Origin: Candidatus Bipolaricaulota bacterium
GTDB lineage: Bacteria; Bipolaricaulota; Bipolaricaulia; UBA7950; UBA9294
Direction of reading: 5' to 3'
DNA length: 25,902 nucleotides
Assembly: GCA_023132545.1 (NCBI GenBank)
Contig: JAGLYB010000032.1
Location: 1-25,902 of the forward strand
Shown: in pieces, positions 1-8,813 of the stretch
Position numbering within the stretch: position 1 is the first letter of the stretch
Layout: the number at the start of each line of letters is the position of its first letter
Notes under the pieces: model-generated
Databases searched by the model: none
The model's input: the letters and a program-made list of their open reading frames with translations, nothing else
Told to the model about the DNA's origin: nothing
Translations under genes and position numbers: made by a program

Positions 1-443
1 ACTGCCAAAGGCTCGATCAGTGCACCGGTTTCAAAGTCCATGCCATCAGGAAGTGGGAACAAATAGCGGGCGGGGACAATGATGAATTCCGCAAGGCATC
101 CATCCATTGTGACCCCCAGCCCTCTGCTGTTCGGACAGATGTTGTCGCGTTCCTCGTTGCAGCGGGAACAAACGCCGCATCCGAAATTCGGGCGCACGGT
201 TACGCGGGTTCCGACTGACCAGTCCTTAACATCGGAACCGATCGCATCGATCACTCCCGCACACTCATGTCCGAGAACAAACGGATACCCGTTGTTTCTC
301 CGCCCAGAGTAGAACTCCATGTCCGTCCCACAGATACCGACAACGTACACGGCAATCCGAACCTCACCCGGCCCAGGTTCGGGCAGCAGGCGGTTGGTCA
401 GGGTCAATCTCTCCGGAGCAACAAGTTGCGCGACTCTCATCAT
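1..443 (-). CDS. Zn-dependent medium-chain dehydrogenase (threonine/sorbitol dehydrogenase-like MDR), 5' part only; runs off the left edge
   Basis: Not in the ORF track; translated by hand from ATG at 443 (or 440): MMRVAQLVAPERL...VGICGTDMEFY...VLGHECAG...NFGCGVCSRCNEERDNICP...GALIEPLAV. Shows the catalytic-Zn motifs GICGTD and GHE, the structural-Zn motif CxxCxxC-x7-C, and the EP motif. Starts 3 nt after the upstream stop. Confidence 0.93.
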   Translation of the reverse strand, partial: MMRVAQLVAPERLTLTNRLLPEPGPGEVRIAVYVVGICGTDMEFYSGRRNNGYPFVLGHECAGVIDAIGSDVKDWSVGTRVTVRPNFGCGVCSRCNEERDNICPNSRGLGVTMDGCLAEFIIVPARYLFPLPDGMDFETGALIEPLA

Positions 444-446
444 GAT

Positions 447-1358
447 CTAGACAGGTATTGCCGCGTCGTCCGGCCCGGGGCCACTCTGCTTAGCTTCCGG
501 CAGATATTTGTGGACCATCTCAACGACAATGCTGGCCTGTTCTGCCATGGCGCGTCCTTCAGCAGCAGTGGTCCGAATGCCATGCCCGGAAACTGCCGAG
601 TTCCCGGTCTTGAGATAGACAGGGGATGCGACTCGAACCATCTCCGGTGCTTCGTAGCTACGGATAAATCCACCGGATGCCGGCGGATTGTCGGTGTGGA
701 GGTCAAGTGGTACATCCACTGCGCAGCGAAGGGCAGCCAGCATCGGAAGCTGGAGATCTCGAACCGGGTTGATCGTGTGCGCGCCCATGCTTTCAAGCAC
801 CTTGAACGCCGCCGGGTTGGCGTGGCCGCAATGTGCCGAGACCTTGTACTGGAGATCGGCTGGGAGTTCGCCGGCCTTTCGCATCTCGACCAGAACCCAC
901 AGCAGACCCTCATCGTAAACCAGGATTCCTCGGCAGCCAACGGACACGGCACGTTTGACGTCTTCGACGGCCCGGACGACCTGCTCCATCCCACGAAGCC
1001 GGTAGGCAATCCGTACTCCCTGGGGCGTCTGTACCGTTGCCCCTGTGTCATAGGGGGCTCGTGGCCCAACCGACAGGTTGACCGCCACACCCCGCTCCTT
1101 GGCTAGGGTACAGTAGTCGCGTAATTCACTGAGCGTATGACGGAAGATACCGTAGGTTTCGTCGATGCGGTTGATTGTGATGCCCAACTCCGTGGCCCGG
1201 TCAATCAATGCCTCGAATGCCTCGAACGAGTTGATCGTCGGCACTTCAATTCGGAAGTGCGCTCCATCAGGGAATGTTTTCTCTGACGTCGTCAACTCGT
1301 ATAGATCACCCTTGGGGAGACCCAGTTTCTCTAGACTCTTCCTCGTCTCATCGAACAT
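447..1358 (-). CDS. U32-family-like (TIM-barrel) conserved protein, function unknown
   Basis: Start moved to ATG 1358 (MFDETRK) because GGAGG lies 8 nt upstream. The C-terminal half (ANPAAFKVLESMGAHTINPVRDLQLPMLAALRCAVDVPLDLH) resembles proteins annotated as U32 family; recognised by eye only. Confidence 0.65.
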   Translation of the reverse strand: MFDETRKSLEKLGLPKGDLYELTTSEKTFPDGAHFRIEVPTINSFEAFEALIDRATELGITINRIDETYGIFRHTLSELRDYCTLAKERGVAVNLSVGPRAPYDTGATVQTPQGVRIAYRLRGMEQVVRAVEDVKRAVSVGCRGILVYDEGLLWVLVEMRKAGELPADLQYKVSAHCGHANPAAFKVLESMGAHTINPVRDLQLPMLAALRCAVDVPLDLHTDNPPASGGFIRSYEAPEMVRVASPVYLKTGNSAVSGHGIRTTAAEGRAMAEQASIVVEMVHKYLPEAKQSGPGPDDAAIPV

Positions 1359-1377
1359 AGTTCGATCCTCCTTCAAG

Positions 1378-1743
1378 TTATGCGTTATTTGGTTTTCGAT
1401 GTTGCTGAAGCGGCGGAGAATAGACCCACACCAGCTTCAGATCCTCATTTCCTGTATTCACAATCGAGTGCTTGACCCCTGGAGGCATGTAGATCGCCGT
1501 TCCAGCGACCAGATCCTGCTCACCCTCTTCGGTGATTAGGCGACCTTGGCCACTGACGATATACATCCCCTCTTCGGATTCATCGTGCGCGTGTTCAGGG
1601 ATCCGGCTTCCGACCTCGGTGACGTTCTGTCCCATGGAAAAGCCTTTGATCCCGACACTCATCTCCGAAAGCAAAAGCTTGGAGACCCGATTAGGTACCT
1701 TCTTGACGCCCTTGACATCGGCTGCGTCAACGACATATTTCAT
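1378..1743 (-). CDS. Cupin-domain protein (cupin_2 type, 3His-1Glu metal site)
   Basis: Motif 1 PEHAHDESEEGMYIVSGQG, motif 2 GTAIYMPPGVKHSIVN; SD AAGGAG upstream. Confidence 0.92.
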   Translation of the reverse strand: MKYVVDAADVKGVKKVPNRVSKLLLSEMSVGIKGFSMGQNVTEVGSRIPEHAHDESEEGMYIVSGQGRLITEEGEQDLVAGTAIYMPPGVKHSIVNTGNEDLKLVWVYSPPLQQHRKPNNA

Positions 1744-1759
1744 ACGTGCTCCTTCCTAC

Positions 1760-1788
1760 TTTGCTGCCCCAAAAATCCGGGGCGCAAA
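1760..1788 (-). other. Intergenic stem-loop between aor and the cupin gene
   Basis: TTTGC(T)GCCCC-AAAAATCC-GGGGCGCAAA inverted repeat; no U-tract, so more likely an mRNA stability/processing hairpin than a terminator. Confidence 0.5.
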
Positions 1789-1791
1789 CAG

Positions 1792-3522
1792 CTAGAACTT
1801 CTTTCGATTGGGTTCGATTTCCCATATGGACTGCATAGCATCTGCACTGATGTCGTACACCACGTTGTGCGGTGGTAGAGGCTCGACGCGCATGAACTCC
1901 GGCACATCGGCCAGCCGGTCTGAGACTCCGGCGGCTACGTTGAACGCGCGCTCTGTCTCCAACGTTGCGGCTGCTTCGTTCGCGATATCGGCAAATGAGA
2001 CGTTCGTGCCGAAACAGCTGTTCACCAACTCTGCAAGTAACTCTGCGTCTTCGACAAGCGGTCCACGCGCAAACAGGCAGAGTCCCGACATATCCAGGAT
2101 CATGGAGCGAATTTGTAGGGCTCTCGAGTTCTCGAGTTGCCCTTCAGCGGAAAGTGGATCGAGTGATCGGGCCGTACCGAATGCATTCCCGGCGGTATGA
2201 TCCGCACCCATCGGAGACGTCGCATACGTAACACCGTTTCCTTTGAGTGCCCGAGGATCGTACCCAGGAATTCCTTGCCCCTTGACTGTCGGCACACGGC
2301 GAACGCCGAGAGCCTGACCGGTAAACGCCGCTCCCTGACCAAGAATTCGTCCCAGGGGTGTCGCTTGTTCGATCTGTCGAAGAAGATCCGCGGCTGCCTC
2401 AACGTCGCCAAACTGGGCTAATCCGGCTTCCATAGCCACGCCAAGTGCACAGCCCATTTCGATTGCATCCAACCCTATGTCGTTGCACAGAGCATTGAGT
2501 TCGGCAATCCCATCCAGCGTGCCAATCCCGCAGTTCGACCCCAGAAGTGCGATGTTCTCGTACTGCAGCGAGGCTACCTTGCGGTGCCCGCCTTCGTCGG
2601 GGAAGACGTTGGAACAGCGGATCACACACCCAGCCATGCACGGCGTTCCAGATCGTCCGTCTCCGCCGCGGGCTGCAATGGTGTCCGCCAAGCACTTGCC
2701 AGTGATTCCATCGATCCCGTCAAACGATCCACTGCTGAAGTTGAGGGTAGGCAGTAGACCCAACTCATTGGATGTCGCAACGATTCCCGCAGTTCCGAAC
2801 TTCCGCCGCCCTTCGATTTTCGGGCTGGCCAGGATTAGTTCGGTGAAGCGGCGGGATGCCTTCTTAAGACAATCGGCATCCGCGCCGGCCTGCGGCGGCG
2901 CTCCCTCATCGTCGATCACGATTGCTTTGATCCCCTTTGATCCCATCACGGCACCGAGACCTCCACGTCCCGCATACCGGATCTGCACGCCAGTGACATC
3001 CGTTGTCGCAATGCCGGAGGCCGTCATGCGTAACTCCCCCGCCGGACCAATCACCAGAAAGCCACATCGCTCGCCGAACTGTTCGCGAAGTATCCCCAAC
3101 GTCTCGCGAACCGAAAGTCGATCCAACGTCAGATCGTCAACCCACGTTGCACCGTTTCGATCAATTCGAAGAACCCGCGAAGCCGGATCATCCGGTGCAT
3201 CTTCGATAATCAATGCTCGGACCCCGGCACGAGCCAGCGTCTGCCCGGCCTCTCCCCCAACGTTCGATTCCTTGATGCCACCGGTGAGCGGACTCTTCCC
3301 CCCAATAGACAGTCGACCACTCGTCGGAATCATTGTTCCACCAAGCCATCCTGGTGCAAAGATTAACTTGTTTCCACGTCCAAGCGGCTCGCACGTAGGA
3401 TCCACTTCGCGGGCCAAGATATTGGCGATTAACTGACGACCTCCCCACAGCGACATCTCGTCTGAAACGGGCGTCTGTTCAATTGCGCACGTTCGCGCGT
3501 TGACTCTCACAACTCGTTGCAT
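1792..3522 (-). CDS. aor: Aldehyde:ferredoxin oxidoreductase family (W/Mo-bispterin, 4Fe-4S)
   Basis: N-domain GKSPLTGGIKESNVGG and AGRGGLGAVMGSKGIKAI; Fe-S ligands CMAGCVIRC plus GLCLF; QYE and DIGLDAI pterin-proximal motifs; GADH; SD GAGGAG. Confidence 0.93.
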   Translation of the reverse strand: MQRVVRVNARTCAIEQTPVSDEMSLWGGRQLIANILAREVDPTCEPLGRGNKLIFAPGWLGGTMIPTSGRLSIGGKSPLTGGIKESNVGGEAGQTLARAGVRALIIEDAPDDPASRVLRIDRNGATWVDDLTLDRLSVRETLGILREQFGERCGFLVIGPAGELRMTASGIATTDVTGVQIRYAGRGGLGAVMGSKGIKAIVIDDEGAPPQAGADADCLKKASRRFTELILASPKIEGRRKFGTAGIVATSNELGLLPTLNFSSGSFDGIDGITGKCLADTIAARGGDGRSGTPCMAGCVIRCSNVFPDEGGHRKVASLQYENIALLGSNCGIGTLDGIAELNALCNDIGLDAIEMGCALGVAMEAGLAQFGDVEAAADLLRQIEQATPLGRILGQGAAFTGQALGVRRVPTVKGQGIPGYDPRALKGNGVTYATSPMGADHTAGNAFGTARSLDPLSAEGQLENSRALQIRSMILDMSGLCLFARGPLVEDAELLAELVNSCFGTNVSFADIANEAAATLETERAFNVAAGVSDRLADVPEFMRVEPLPPHNVVYDISADAMQSIWEIEPNRKKF

Positions 3523-3531
3523 CGATCCTCC

Positions 3532-5484
3532 TCAACCGTCCGTTCCGTCTTCTGTTCGCATCACTGCGCGCCATGCGGCACGCCAGCCTTCATACACCGC
3601 TTCCTGGATTCCCCGCGGGTCACGTGCATCACCCACAACAAACACGGGGAACGGGTCGTCCCTTAGCTCATTCGCTACTGTAAGATTCGATTCGGCTCCA
3701 ATGGCCACCACCACTCGGGTGGCCGGAAGTTCACTCTGTCGGCCGTCCTTCTCGATGAGTACAGTGTCGGATCGGATTTCGATTACACGAACATCGGTAC
3801 GAATTTCGACGTGTCCCTCTTCCAGATGCCGCAAGAGCGCCGCGAGAGAGATTGGCTCGCAGTCCCGTCCCACGTCATTTAGCAATTCGAGAACAGTGAC
3901 CTTGCCACCTCGTTCTGCACAGTAGGATGCGGTCTCGCAGCCGACCAATCCTCCACCAATCACCACGACCGTTTCTCCGGAGACTGAGTCGCAAGAGGCC
4001 AAAGCACGCTCAACCGTCCACACGTGTTTCTGTGAGATGCCGGCTACGGAGAGATGTTTTTGAATTCCTCCGATTGCCAGAATGACTGCATCCGGATGCA
4101 GTTCGCGGATGGTCTCCACCCTGACGTCGATTCCTGTTTTGATCTCTACACTTGCCGGAAGTGACTGGATCATGTCGTCAAGCAACCAGTCGATCTTTTC
4201 CTTGTGCGGCGGAACCTTGGCGTAGCGAAGCTGTCCCCCAAGTTCGGCTTCGCGTTCGAGCAAGACAACCTGCGCTCCAGCGATGGCCGCTGTTGCCGCG
4301 GCCTGCAATCCGCCTGGCCCAGCGCCAACCACAATGACTCGTCTCTCACTGCAGGGTTCGGGGTGTGCTTCCCCCTCGAATCCGACCTCGGGATTGACCG
4401 AACAGCAGATCGGCAGATCGTCAAAAACGCGTCGTTGAACACATCGATTACACGAAATGCAACGGTGGATTGTTGGAGCTTTGTCTGCGGCCGCCTTATT
4501 TGGCCATTGCGGATCAGCAATAAGGCCGCGCCCGATGGCCACGAAGTCCGCTGCCTCTTCAGCCAGCGTATGCTCCACGGTCTCAGGGTTCCGAAAAACA
4601 CCGACTGTAACAACCGGAATGTCCACTGCAGCCTTGATCGTCGCCGCAAGATACGCTCGCCAAGCCTCGGGATAGACCATCGGCTCAAGCTGTTTCTCAG
4701 GATTCGCCGCTGTAGCAGCCGAGATATGCAACGCGTCGATACCGGAGTCAACCAGGGCATGGCACAGCTCAACCGATTCGTCAAGAGCCCTGCCTTCAGG
4801 AAGAAACTCGTCCCCACTTAAACGGAATAACAGTGGATAGTCGCAGCCCACAGTTTGCCTCACTCTTCGTACTACATCGAGGGCAAACCGCCAGCGTTTC
4901 TCCTGAGTCCCTCCGAACGCATCGGTCCGCTGATTTGTAATCGGAGACAGGAACTGTGCAATCAGATATCCGTGTGCCCCATGGATTTCGACGGCATCGA
5001 ATCCAGCTCGCTTGGCCCGCACGGCGGCTCGCGCATAGCAGTCGATGAGACCCTCGATCTCGAATACCTCAAGCGGCACAGGGGGTAGAGCGTTCGCAGT
5101 CCATCCCACATCCGACGGTGCAACTGCGGGCACGCCGGTCCTCTGCGGTTTTGCTACAGCCCCAGCGTGGTTAATCTGAATTGCTACCGCGGCACCGCGC
5201 TCCCGCACAGCCCGCGTCAGCTCGAACAGTCCAGGCACATACCGGTCATGATTGATCCGTAATTGGACGGCTCCGTTGCCTCCTACCGGTTCATCAATTG
5301 ACGCGTTCTCGATGATGATCAATCCAGCCCCGCCTTGGGCACGCGCTGCGTAGTAAGCGATCATTTGAGGCGTAGGTTCACCATGAGCTGACGCGAAGTT
5401 GGTTGCCATCGCCGGCATGACAATGCGGTTTCGTACTTGCAGAGATCCGATGTTGCCCTGCCGGAACATCCGCTTGTCTGACAT
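3532..5484 (-). CDS. NADH:flavin oxidoreductase, OYE TIM barrel plus 4Fe-4S plus FAD/NAD domain (2,4-dienoyl-CoA reductase/BaiCD/enoate reductase architecture)
   Basis: NRIVMPAM, QINHAG, EIHGAHGYLIAQFLSP, GRGLIADP, CISCNRC...CSVNP, VVGAGPGG and VIGGGLVGCE Rossmann motifs. Start at ATG 5484 preferred (5508 in track overlaps livF). Confidence 0.92.
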   Translation of the reverse strand: MSDKRMFRQGNIGSLQVRNRIVMPAMATNFASAHGEPTPQMIAYYAARAQGGAGLIIIENASIDEPVGGNGAVQLRINHDRYVPGLFELTRAVRERGAAVAIQINHAGAVAKPQRTGVPAVAPSDVGWTANALPPVPLEVFEIEGLIDCYARAAVRAKRAGFDAVEIHGAHGYLIAQFLSPITNQRTDAFGGTQEKRWRFALDVVRRVRQTVGCDYPLLFRLSGDEFLPEGRALDESVELCHALVDSGIDALHISAATAANPEKQLEPMVYPEAWRAYLAATIKAAVDIPVVTVGVFRNPETVEHTLAEEAADFVAIGRGLIADPQWPNKAAADKAPTIHRCISCNRCVQRRVFDDLPICCSVNPEVGFEGEAHPEPCSERRVIVVGAGPGGLQAAATAAIAGAQVVLLEREAELGGQLRYAKVPPHKEKIDWLLDDMIQSLPASVEIKTGIDVRVETIRELHPDAVILAIGGIQKHLSVAGISQKHVWTVERALASCDSVSGETVVVIGGGLVGCETASYCAERGGKVTVLELLNDVGRDCEPISLAALLRHLEEGHVEIRTDVRVIEIRSDTVLIEKDGRQSELPATRVVVAIGAESNLTVANELRDDPFPVFVVGDARDPRGIQEAVYEGWRAAWRAVMRTEDGTDG

Positions 5485-5497
5485 CGAGGAAGGCTCT

Positions 5498-6211
5498 CTA
5501 CCCACCAAGGTAGAGGCGCTTCACCTCCTCGTTGTTGCGAATCTCTTCAGCAGGCCCCTCGTACTTGTTGCAGCCCGTCTCTAACACATAGGCATAATCC
5601 GACATCTTGAGACTTCGATCGGCGTTCTGCTCGACAATCAACATCGTGCTGCCTGCACTGCGGATTTCCTCAATCTTGTCAAAGACCTCATTCGCCATGA
5701 TTGGCGAGAGCCCCAATGACGGTTCATCAAGGAACATCAGGCGTGGATTGAGCAGCATCGCGCGGCCCATCTCAAGCGTCTGCATCTCACCACCGCTCAA
5801 GCTTCCGCCCTTTTGCTTGCTGCGTTCGCGAAGGAGAGGGAACAGATCGTACACGCGTTCGAGATCCTTCTGGATCCCCTTGCGATCCTTGCGGATGTAC
5901 GCGCCAAGTTCAAGATTCTCTCGCACCGTCATCAGCGGGAACACATGTCGTCCCTGCGGAACAAATGTAATCCCGAGACGAAGCAGCTCTGCCGGCGAAG
6001 GATTGGTCACGTCTTGACCATCGAATGTGACCGTGCCCTCACGCGCAGGCAGCAGTCCGAACAACACGCGGAATATCGTTGACTTCCCCGCACCGTTGGG
6101 ACCGATGATTGAAACCATCGTTCCCTCTTTCACATCAAGCGAGACCCCATTCAGGATGTCGAGTTCCTTGGAGTACCCGGCCACAATGTTTCTTGCCTTC
6201 AGCAATGCCAC
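5498..6211 (-). CDS. livF: HAAT (branched-chain amino acid-type) ABC transporter ATP-binding protein, LivF family
   Basis: GPNGAGKST Walker A, LSGGEMQ signature, LDEPSLGL, VEQN. Start moved to GTG 6211 (MALLKARNI), 1 nt after the livG stop, with GGAGGG upstream. Confidence 0.95.
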   Translation of the reverse strand: MALLKARNIVAGYSKELDILNGVSLDVKEGTMVSIIGPNGAGKSTIFRVLFGLLPAREGTVTFDGQDVTNPSPAELLRLGITFVPQGRHVFPLMTVRENLELGAYIRKDRKGIQKDLERVYDLFPLLRERSKQKGGSLSGGEMQTLEMGRAMLLNPRLMFLDEPSLGLSPIMANEVFDKIEEIRSAGSTMLIVEQNADRSLKMSDYAYVLETGCNKYEGPAEEIRNNEEVKRLYLGG

Positions 6212-6212
6212 G

Positions 6213-6953
6213 TTACCCTCCAAAGTAGGCCGCCATGACCTGTTCGTTTTTTTGGATCTCGTCTGGGGATCCTTCCGCAATCTTCTTCCCGTAATCGAGG
6301 ACGACGATACGATGGCACAATCCCATCACCATCCGCATGTTGTGTTCGATCACCAGGAAGCTGCACCCACGATCATTCAGCTCGACCAGACGCTCGCAAA
6401 TCTCCCGACCGAGTGTCGCATTCACACCAGCCATCGGTTCGTCGAGCATGATCAGCTTTGGATCGGACATAAGAACCATGCCCAGATCGAGCAGCTTCTG
6501 CTGCCCATACGAGAGATTCTTCGCCACTTCATTCTTGAGGTGAATGATGTTCAGAAACTCCAGAAGCTCGATCGCCCGGCGTACGTCTTTTGATTCGTCG
6601 ATCTGGAACAACCGGCTGAGGATCGTCCCTTCGCTCTCCTGGATCGCCATAACCATGTTGTCGAGCACTGTCATGCCGGGGAATAGCTGGACAAGCTGAA
6701 ACGTTCGCCCTACCCCAAGACGGTAGATATTGTGCGGCTTCATACGCGTAATCCTCTTGCCCATGAAGAACACATCCCCGCCGGAAGGACGTTGGATTCC
6801 AGTCACACAATCGAACAGTGTCGTCTTGCCGGAACCATTCGGGCCGATCAACCCAAGGATCTCGCCTTCTTTGACCTCGAAATCAACACCGCCGACAGCT
6901 TCCAGCTGGTAGAAACTCTTCTTCAACCCTTTGATCTCTAAAATGTTATTCAT
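6213..6953 (-). CDS. livG: HAAT ABC transporter ATP-binding protein, LivG family
   Basis: GPNGSGKTT, RTFQ, LSYGQQK, LDEPMAGVN, IEHNM, C-terminal AAYFG. Confidence 0.95.
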   Translation of the reverse strand: MNNILEIKGLKKSFYQLEAVGGVDFEVKEGEILGLIGPNGSGKTTLFDCVTGIQRPSGGDVFFMGKRITRMKPHNIYRLGVGRTFQLVQLFPGMTVLDNMVMAIQESEGTILSRLFQIDESKDVRRAIELLEFLNIIHLKNEVAKNLSYGQQKLLDLGMVLMSDPKLIMLDEPMAGVNATLGREICERLVELNDRGCSFLVIEHNMRMVMGLCHRIVVLDYGKKIAEGSPDEIQKNEQVMAAYFGG

Positions 6954-6963
6954 CCCATCATCC

Positions 6964-7950
6964 TCACTTTGTCAGTTGCGGGGGATTCCGTTTCAGAACC
7001 CGCCGGAAGAAGACATCTGACAGCCCCGCCAATCCCGTCGGCCAGAAGATCAGAATCACCAGCGTGATTGCGGAGAAGACGACGAAGTACAACTGCTGCG
7101 CTCCACGAAGGAATTGCGGCAGAAGCATTACAACGATCGCTCCGATAAATGCACCTTCGAACCGCCCAGAGCCGCCAATGATCAGCATGATCAAGAACCA
7201 AAATGACTCATGAACGGGGAATGCTGTCGGATCAATGAATTTCATCAGCGGTGCAAGAAGGCCTCCGGCAACGCCGGCATAGGCGGCTCCAATGGCAAAC
7301 GCCAGCAGTTTGTACGCCAGCAAGCTTACACCGACCATCTCCGCCCTCATGTCATTTTCCCGAATCGCCTTGAATGCTCGTCCCCAGCGCGAGTTCAGAA
7401 TCCACAACATCATGATTGTCAGAACGACGAGGAACCCGGCCACCAGGAAGTAGAAGGCAATATTGGATGACAAGTTGATGCCGAAGAAGCTCGGTCGCGG
7501 GATTCCGGGAAGCCCGGAGAAGCCGCCTGTAATCTCGTGTTCATTGGATAAGAACAGGTAGATGACGGTTCCAAATCCAAGAGTCACCAATGCCAAGTAG
7601 TGATGCTTGACACGTAGCGCTGGAAGCCCGAGGATCAACCCAGCCACAAAGGCAATGGATGCACCCAACGGAAGCGCCAGCCAAAACGAGTACCCGTTCA
7701 GGGTCATCAAGGCAACGGTATAGGCTCCAAGCCCCATGAACGCCGCATGCCCAAGCGAGATCTGTCCCGTGTAGCCGATTGTCAGGTTGAGCCCCATGAT
7801 GGTGATGATGTAGACCCCGATGAGGGTCGCAACGTACATATAGTATGAGTTCCCTCCGAAGATTATGGGGATCAGGCCGATGACGCCAAGGAAGATACCC
7901 CAATGCAGCAGCCGCCAGACGATCGGTTTGTTATTCGATCGATTTGCCAT
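6964..7950 (-). CDS. livM: HAAT ABC transporter permease, LivM family
   Basis: GLNLTIGYTGQISLGHAAFMGLGAY, YLALVTLGFG, SRWGRAFKAIRENDMRAEMVGV, GGSG...GAFIGA; multiple TM helices. Confidence 0.95.
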   Translation of the reverse strand: MANRSNNKPIVWRLLHWGIFLGVIGLIPIIFGGNSYYMYVATLIGVYIITIMGLNLTIGYTGQISLGHAAFMGLGAYTVALMTLNGYSFWLALPLGASIAFVAGLILGLPALRVKHHYLALVTLGFGTVIYLFLSNEHEITGGFSGLPGIPRPSFFGINLSSNIAFYFLVAGFLVVLTIMMLWILNSRWGRAFKAIRENDMRAEMVGVSLLAYKLLAFAIGAAYAGVAGGLLAPLMKFIDPTAFPVHESFWFLIMLIIGGSGRFEGAFIGAIVVMLLPQFLRGAQQLYFVVFSAITLVILIFWPTGLAGLSDVFFRRVLKRNPPQLTK

Positions 7951-7952
7951 GG

Positions 7953-8813
7953 TTATCGCTCCTCCGTTCCAAGTAGCCCCTCTTTGCGGATCAGGATCAC
8001 TGCAATGAGGACAACCAAGACCACCAGTTCGCGGTACTCTGTAGAGATGTAAGCAGAGGTAAAGGTCTCAATAACGCCAACAAGGAAACCACCAAGAAGC
8101 GCACCCCGGATCTGGTTGAATCCGCCAATTGTCGCGGAATAGAACGCCTTCAAGCCCAGTTGTGCCCCCATGTCGAACCGCACCATGTACACGGGAGCGA
8201 TGAGCATCGCCGCAAATACCACGATCACGGCATTCATCACAAATACCATCGTGGTTACCGAAGAGATATTGATGCCCAGGATCTTGGCTGCTTCACGATT
8301 CTGCGCCACAGCCTGCATCGCCTTTCCCGGCTTCGTCCGTTGGATAAACAGGTTGATTGCCAAGATGAGCGCGATGGCAATGACGATCGTCCAAACATGC
8401 TGACGCGAGAGAATAATCGAGCCAAATCGGTACGGCGTCATGCCAAAGATCTGTGGAAATGGCTTACACTGCGCGGACCAGAAGGTTGAGATGGAATTGG
8501 ACGCAAGAAAGCTGAGGGCGATTGTCGCAACGATGATTGTGGTGTGGGAACGGTCGATCAGCGGCTGAATGATCCCCCGCTTGACGACGTATCCCAGCAA
8601 CACAGCCGAGATACCGACTGTTACCAACAGCGCTAAGATGAATGGAACGCCAAGGCACACGAGAATAAACATCAGCACTGCGGATACCGTGAGGAAATCT
8701 CCCTGCGCAAAGTTCACGGTTCGCGAGGCCTGCCACAATAGCGTAAACCCGATCGCCACCAGTGCGTAGATCGCTCCAATGGAGATTCCGGAAACAACTA
8801 ATTGGATGAACAT
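7953..8813 (-). CDS. livH: HAAT ABC transporter permease, LivH family
   Basis: GISIGAIYALVAIGFTL, VNFAQG, GKAMQAVAQNREAAKILGI, IGGFNQIRGALLGG. Start ATG 8813 (GTG 8819 also possible); overlaps the aroD 3' end. Confidence 0.95.
   Translation of the reverse strand: MFIQLVVSGISIGAIYALVAIGFTLLWQASRTVNFAQGDFLTVSAVLMFILVCLGVPFILALLVTVGISAVLLGYVVKRGIIQPLIDRSHTTIIVATIALSFLASNSISTFWSAQCKPFPQIFGMTPYRFGSIILSRQHVWTIVIAIALILAINLFIQRTKPGKAMQAVAQNREAAKILGINISSVTTMVFVMNAVIVVFAAMLIAPVYMVRFDMGAQLGLKAFYSATIGGFNQIRGALLGGFLVGVIETFTSAYISTEYRELVVLVVLIAVILIRKEGLLGTEER

Noticed and set aside
447-1358. Calling the U32-like protein a protease
   Set aside because: The family name is historical; characterised members are hydroxylation factors and no protease motif is visible.
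2540-2580. AOR EYE motif reading QYE, and CxxxCxxxC cluster spacing
   Set aside because: The catalytic second Glu, His and Asp ligands are retained, and I recall this Cys spacing as normal for a bacterial AOR subfamily; too weak to call altered function.
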